A stretch of DNA of 64,000 nt. Source: Oculina patagonica. Lineage: Eukaryota. The DNA lies in contig NC_135771.1 in NCBI RefSeq assembly GCF_052425735.1, forward strand, positions 9,672,001 through 9,736,000, written 5' to 3'. The notes beneath the pieces were generated by a model that made no database searches, had not been told where the DNA came from, and saw only the letters and a program-made list of their open reading frames with translations. Below, in pieces: positions 59,344 to 64,000 of the stretch. Every line of letters starts with the position of its first letter. Within the stretch, counting starts at the first letter, position 1. The position numbers and the translations under genes were made by a program.

Positions 59344-62241
59344 ATGAACAACATAGATGAAATTACACAAGCCATCTCTATCGGCCTCATTGTTGCCAAT
59401 TTCCTTATCAACACCCGTCGAGTCCTAAAAGCCATCGAGTTATGCAAAGAATGTTTGTTCATTTTCGACAACACACAACTCGTAAAAGAAGAGAAGAAAT
59501 ATAAATTGCTTTGCAAGCATATCTATTCAACGGTGTTACTGGCGTACTGGTTTATTAATGATTTGACAAATGCAATAAAATACGGTAAAAAACTTCTCTA
59601 CATTCTTCAAAAATGCAGACAAGGGAAGGAAGAATGTCAAATAAACATAACACTAGCGACATTGTATCACTGCCAAAGTAAGTACGCAGAAGCAAAAGAA
59701 CACAGCGAGAAAGCACTGTTAATCAGTACAGAAATTGGTCACAAAAAGGGGAAGCTTCCTGTTACGGAAACCTTGGAGCGGTGTATCAGTCAGTTGGAGA
59801 ATACGAGAAAGCAAAAGATTATTGCTTGAAAGCACTTGCCATCAGAAGAGAAATTGGTGATAGAAATGGAGAAGCCTCCTGTTACGGAAAACTCGGAGCG
59901 GTTTTTCGATCTGTTGGCGAATATGAGAAGGCAAGAGACTATCACATGAGAGCACTAACGATAAGAAAGGAAATGGTGGACAGAAACGGAGAAGCCTGCT
60001 GCTATGGTGACCTTGGAATTGTGTTTCAATCTTTTGGTGAATATGATAAGGCTAACGAATATCATCAGAAAGCACTTACGATCAATAATGAAACTGGTAA
60101 CAGAAAAGGAGCGGCTTGCTGTTATGGAAACCTCGGAATCCGTACTTAAATCACTTGGAGAGTATGAGAAGGCGAAAGAGTATCTTGAAGAAGCACTTGC
60201 AATCAAAAAAGAAATCGGCGACAGAGAAGGAGAATCCTCCTGTTACAGAAACCTTGGAAACGTGTTTCAAGCTGTTGGTGAGTATGTCAAAGCCAAAAAA
60301 TATTACGAAAAAGAACTTGCGATCACAAAGGAAATTGGTGACAGAAAAGGTGAGGGAGCTGTTTATGGAAACCTTGGGGCTGTGTTTATCTCTCTTGGTA
60401 CATATGCAAAGGCTAACGAATATCTTCAGAAAGCACTTGCTCTCATTAAAGAGGTTGGTGACAGAAAAGGTGAAGCCGGTGTCTACGGAAACCTTGGAAT
60501 TATGTTTCAGTCAATTGGTGACTACAAGCAAGCTAGAGAATATCTAGAGAAGGCACTTACGATCAGTAAAGAAATTGGCGACAAAAACGGAGAAGCCTCA
60601 ATTTATGGAAATCTTGGAGGTCTTTTTGAATTGCTTGGTGAATACATCGAGGCGGAAGAATCTCATAAAAGGGCGCTGGCAAAAGGTGAAGAGATTGGAG
60701 ACGTTAAGAAACAATCTGGATCACTTTGCAGTCTTGGATGGATTATGCTAAAAACAGGAAAGTTTCAGGAAGCTTTGTCGTTTCTCCTTCCAAGTATTCA
60801 GAAATGCGAGGACTTACGATGACTTACGATGTTTTCTTCGAGACAACGATCAATTTAAGATAACTTTTTCCCACGAACATGGTTCTCCTTACTGGGTACT
60901 TACTGCATTCTTCTGTCATGAGGGAAATCCTAATCAAGCTTTGGTCGTTTCAGAGCTTCTTCGGGCCAGAGCTCTGGCAGAATTAATGTCAGCTCAGTAC
61001 TCCGTTGAGAATCAAATCGCAGATATTCCTCAGTCCTGGGTTGGCATTGAAAGTGAAATGGACAAAAAACTTAGTTGTTCTTGCCTATACTTCTTTTACA
61101 CTGATTGCGTTGTATTTTCGTGGATTCTAAAGGCTGGAAAAGTCGAGCATTTCCAGAATGTGAATGGAAAAGGAAAGATTGTTCACGAAGGATTGGTCGA
61201 AAATTTGGACGAGTTTTTTGCTAGCGAACGCTTCAGACGTTTTTGCATTTTACCAGACGAACATTCCGAAGACCGATCTTTAAACGATATTGAACAGAAA
61301 ACTTACGAGGAAGACATCCGTAAAGCGTCGGGAATTGTAAATGATGGTAAAGATAATCAAGGTAACGCCAATTGGAAACTTTCCCTGTGTCATAAATTGC
61401 TCATCGCTCCTGTGAAAGAATTACTTGAGGACCCTGAAATCATCATAGTCGCTGAACGGTCTTTATACAACATTCCATTTGCCGCGTTACCTGATGAAAG
61501 TGGAAAATACTTATCAGAGACTTTCAGAATCCGCGTCCTTCCTTCCTTGACGACTCTCAAGCTTATTCAGGACAGCCCAGCAGATTATCACAGTCAGACT
61601 GGTGCACTGATAGTGGGAAATCCTGATGTTGGTAGGGTGTGCTACAAGGAACGTCTTAAATACATATCGCGACTACCTTGTGCAGAAAGTGAAGCAAATT
61701 AAACATGATAGGAGAAAAGCTTGGTGTCAAGCCGTTTCTGGGACGGCAAGCAACTAAGCAAGCAGTACTTCATGTTATAAATTCAGTAAGTCTGATACAT
61801 TTCGCTGCACACGGTGATGCAGAAAGAGGAGAAATCGTACTTGCCCCTCTTCGTACTCTCAACAGGATCCCAAAAGAAGAAGATTACTTATTGACAATGT
61901 CTGATATTTCAAAAGTTCAACTGCGTGCTAAACTGGTAGTACTAAGCTGTTGTCACAGTGGACGTGGACAGATTAGAGCCGAGGGAGTTGTTGGAATCGC
62001 TCGAGCATTCCTAGGATCTGGTGCATGCTCAGTGTTAGTGGCACTGTGGGCTCTAGAAGACAGTGCGACAGAGCGGTTCATGAGTCGTTTCTACGAGCAC
62101 CTTGTTGGTGGGGATAGCGCCAGTGAATCTCTTCACGAGACCATGAAGTGGATGAGATGTAACGGCTATTCTGACGTGAGACATTGGGCACCTTTTATGC
62201 TGATTGGTGATAACGTGACATTTGATTTTGGAAAATCATAG
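59344..62241 (+). pseudogene. TPR-CHAT (TTC28-like) gene with four frame-disrupting lesions
   Basis: 40-aa TPR repeats (YGNLG..F.S.GEY.KA.EY.EKAL.I.KEIGD) followed by a CHAT domain (LIHFAAHG, LVVLSCCHSG, WAPFMLIG). Breaks occur at ~59750, ~60140, 60812-60831 (GACTTACGAT duplicated) and ~61700. Confidence 0.88.
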
Positions 62242-62392
62242 TAAGTTTCAAGAAAACATAGAATTCAAATTTCCTAACAAGTAACAATCTGTTCTATTTC
62301 TAAGAATTGAAAGTGTTAATAATATACCAACAGATTTTTACGGGTTTTACCATTTTTACGAGAACTACATTTTCTATTCAACACTTTAATAC

Positions 62393-62504
62393 TAGCCTGC
62401 GAATACAGCCGCCTCTCATTCGCGTCCCGCAACGAAGAGCGAAACACGAGTGCTTCGCTCTTCGTTGCGGGACGCGAATGTGAGGCGGCTGTATTCGCAG
62501 GCTA
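62393..62504. mobile_element. 112-bp hairpin MITE with TAG termini and a 9-bp TSD (Academ-like)
   Basis: Near-perfect 51-bp arms TAGCCTGCGAATACAGCC..., flanked by CTTTAATAC (62384-62392, 62505-62513). Confidence 0.9.
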
Positions 62505-64000
62505 CTTTAATACATGGACTCAAAGTATTAAGGTATTTTTTGTTGTGGTACTGTTTTAATAATATAATAATTGATAATTAAGTAAAGAAAGAAAGCTTCA
62601 CTCACCGAGGTTGAGCCGCCTGTTAGGTTTTGTTGTATTATATTTCAAATTTTATTTTCGGTAATTTAGTTCAAACACGTTTTGTTTCATTCAAGCCAAT
62701 ATTGTGCTATCTATGCTGAAGTCAAAGACGTAGCCAACACGTCGTAGCGGGAGCGAATGAGATGCGGTTGCACATGTATTCGCAGGCTACCAACGACGGA
62801 AAGTTAAATAGCTAGAAATAAGTTTAAAAAGAATTTCCCTTAATGTGTACTTTTCTAATAGTTATATTGTTAATGGAGGGTATTGTTATTTTTTTTTTAT
62901 CTCTTTTAGGTGTCTTGTCTGCCTCATCAAGTGAGAACTAATGACCCAGCTGAGAGACTACTTGCTAGTGTTGAATAATAAATACTATTATTGTATCTTG
63001 ACGATCGAGGTTTGCTTAGTTTTGCTCGCGTTTTTGCCTGAAAATGCCTCAGTTAGGAACGATATCAAGAGAAACGATTCACCGATTTTTTTTTTGTAAT
63101 TTTGCTAGATACACTCGATCCTTGCCATAAGCGACCACTTTTTAAAATATTAATAATATTTTGCATGTCACATAACTCTAGTCGGAAGTGCTAGTACCTA
63201 ACCGTCCGCAACCCCTGACCTTATTTTAAGTGCTCATGGTTTGAAATTTTTTTTATGTTTTTACCAGTTCATGTGAATCTTATACGTGATTCGAAAATTC
63301 ACTGAAAAGCTAATATGAAGGGAATCTGAAGTTATACTCTGAACTGTAGCAATGTAAGCACTCCAAAGAAAACAACTGTAATGAGTATTGATAAAATAAT
63401 AAAGAATAATTAATTCTATGGAGGAGAAGGCTAGAAATTAATATATAGACGCCTCTTGATATCAAAATCAGTAAGAAGAAGGGATTGAAGGAGGTATGTC
63501 CCCATTTATGAAGATCTTATCCCAGGATCTAAACGCAAAGACTTCTCCTCGTCCAACCCCTTCCATTGAAGGACCTTGAAACCGAAAGGAAAGGATAATT
63601 ATCATCAACTGATAAAATATTATGTCTTAAACAAAATTCTGCGTCGTTACTTGAATCAATGCGAAGAAAACTGAAACACAAGGGAAAGTGGAATATGTGA
63701 GACTAAGTGTAGCAATGACAGATAATATAATATGCAAAAATAGCGCTACGTCAAACTGCTCAAACTTGCCTGAAAGGCACAAACTCAGTTAAACATTGTG
63801 GCATTAACAAGTTTTTGCGTCGTGAATTGAATTAATGCCAACAAAAGTGAGACTAAGTGCAGGTATGACAAATAATATAATATGTAAAAATAGCACTACA
63901 TCAAACCGCTCGCCTGAATGACACTAAATCAGTGACGAGATTATATATACTCGAGGGTGAAATTGCCGAAGAAGTGTGTAGTCACTTTGCGGAATATGTC

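Overview
AT-rich, intron-containing animal genomic DNA, most likely a stony coral or other anthozoan (inferred from the gene families and SINE/MITE types). Bases 1-32,270 are a tandem segmental array of 8-10 kb units (A 1-8734, B 8735-16850, C 16851-~26785, truncated D ~26786-32270). Units A-C each carry one minus-strand gene for an 86-aa secreted precursor: signal peptide, acidic propeptide ending in RR, and a 45-aa 8-Cys knottin-like peptide. The units differ by nested MITE, SINE, LINE-tail and Helentron-like insertions that record their history. The non-duplicated half holds a 4-exon PAN/fibrinogen-domain gene (+), a class A GPCR (+), a two-exon TGF-beta-family ligand that appears to lack a prodomain (-) with a dense array of paired CACGTG E-boxes upstream, a DIRS-like retroelement fragment, and a TPR-CHAT (TTC28-like) pseudogene with four frame-breaking lesions. 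The best candidates for new biology are the amplified knottin-like peptide locus and the minimal TGF-beta ligand with its E-box array. All coordinates were read by eye and no database searches were run.
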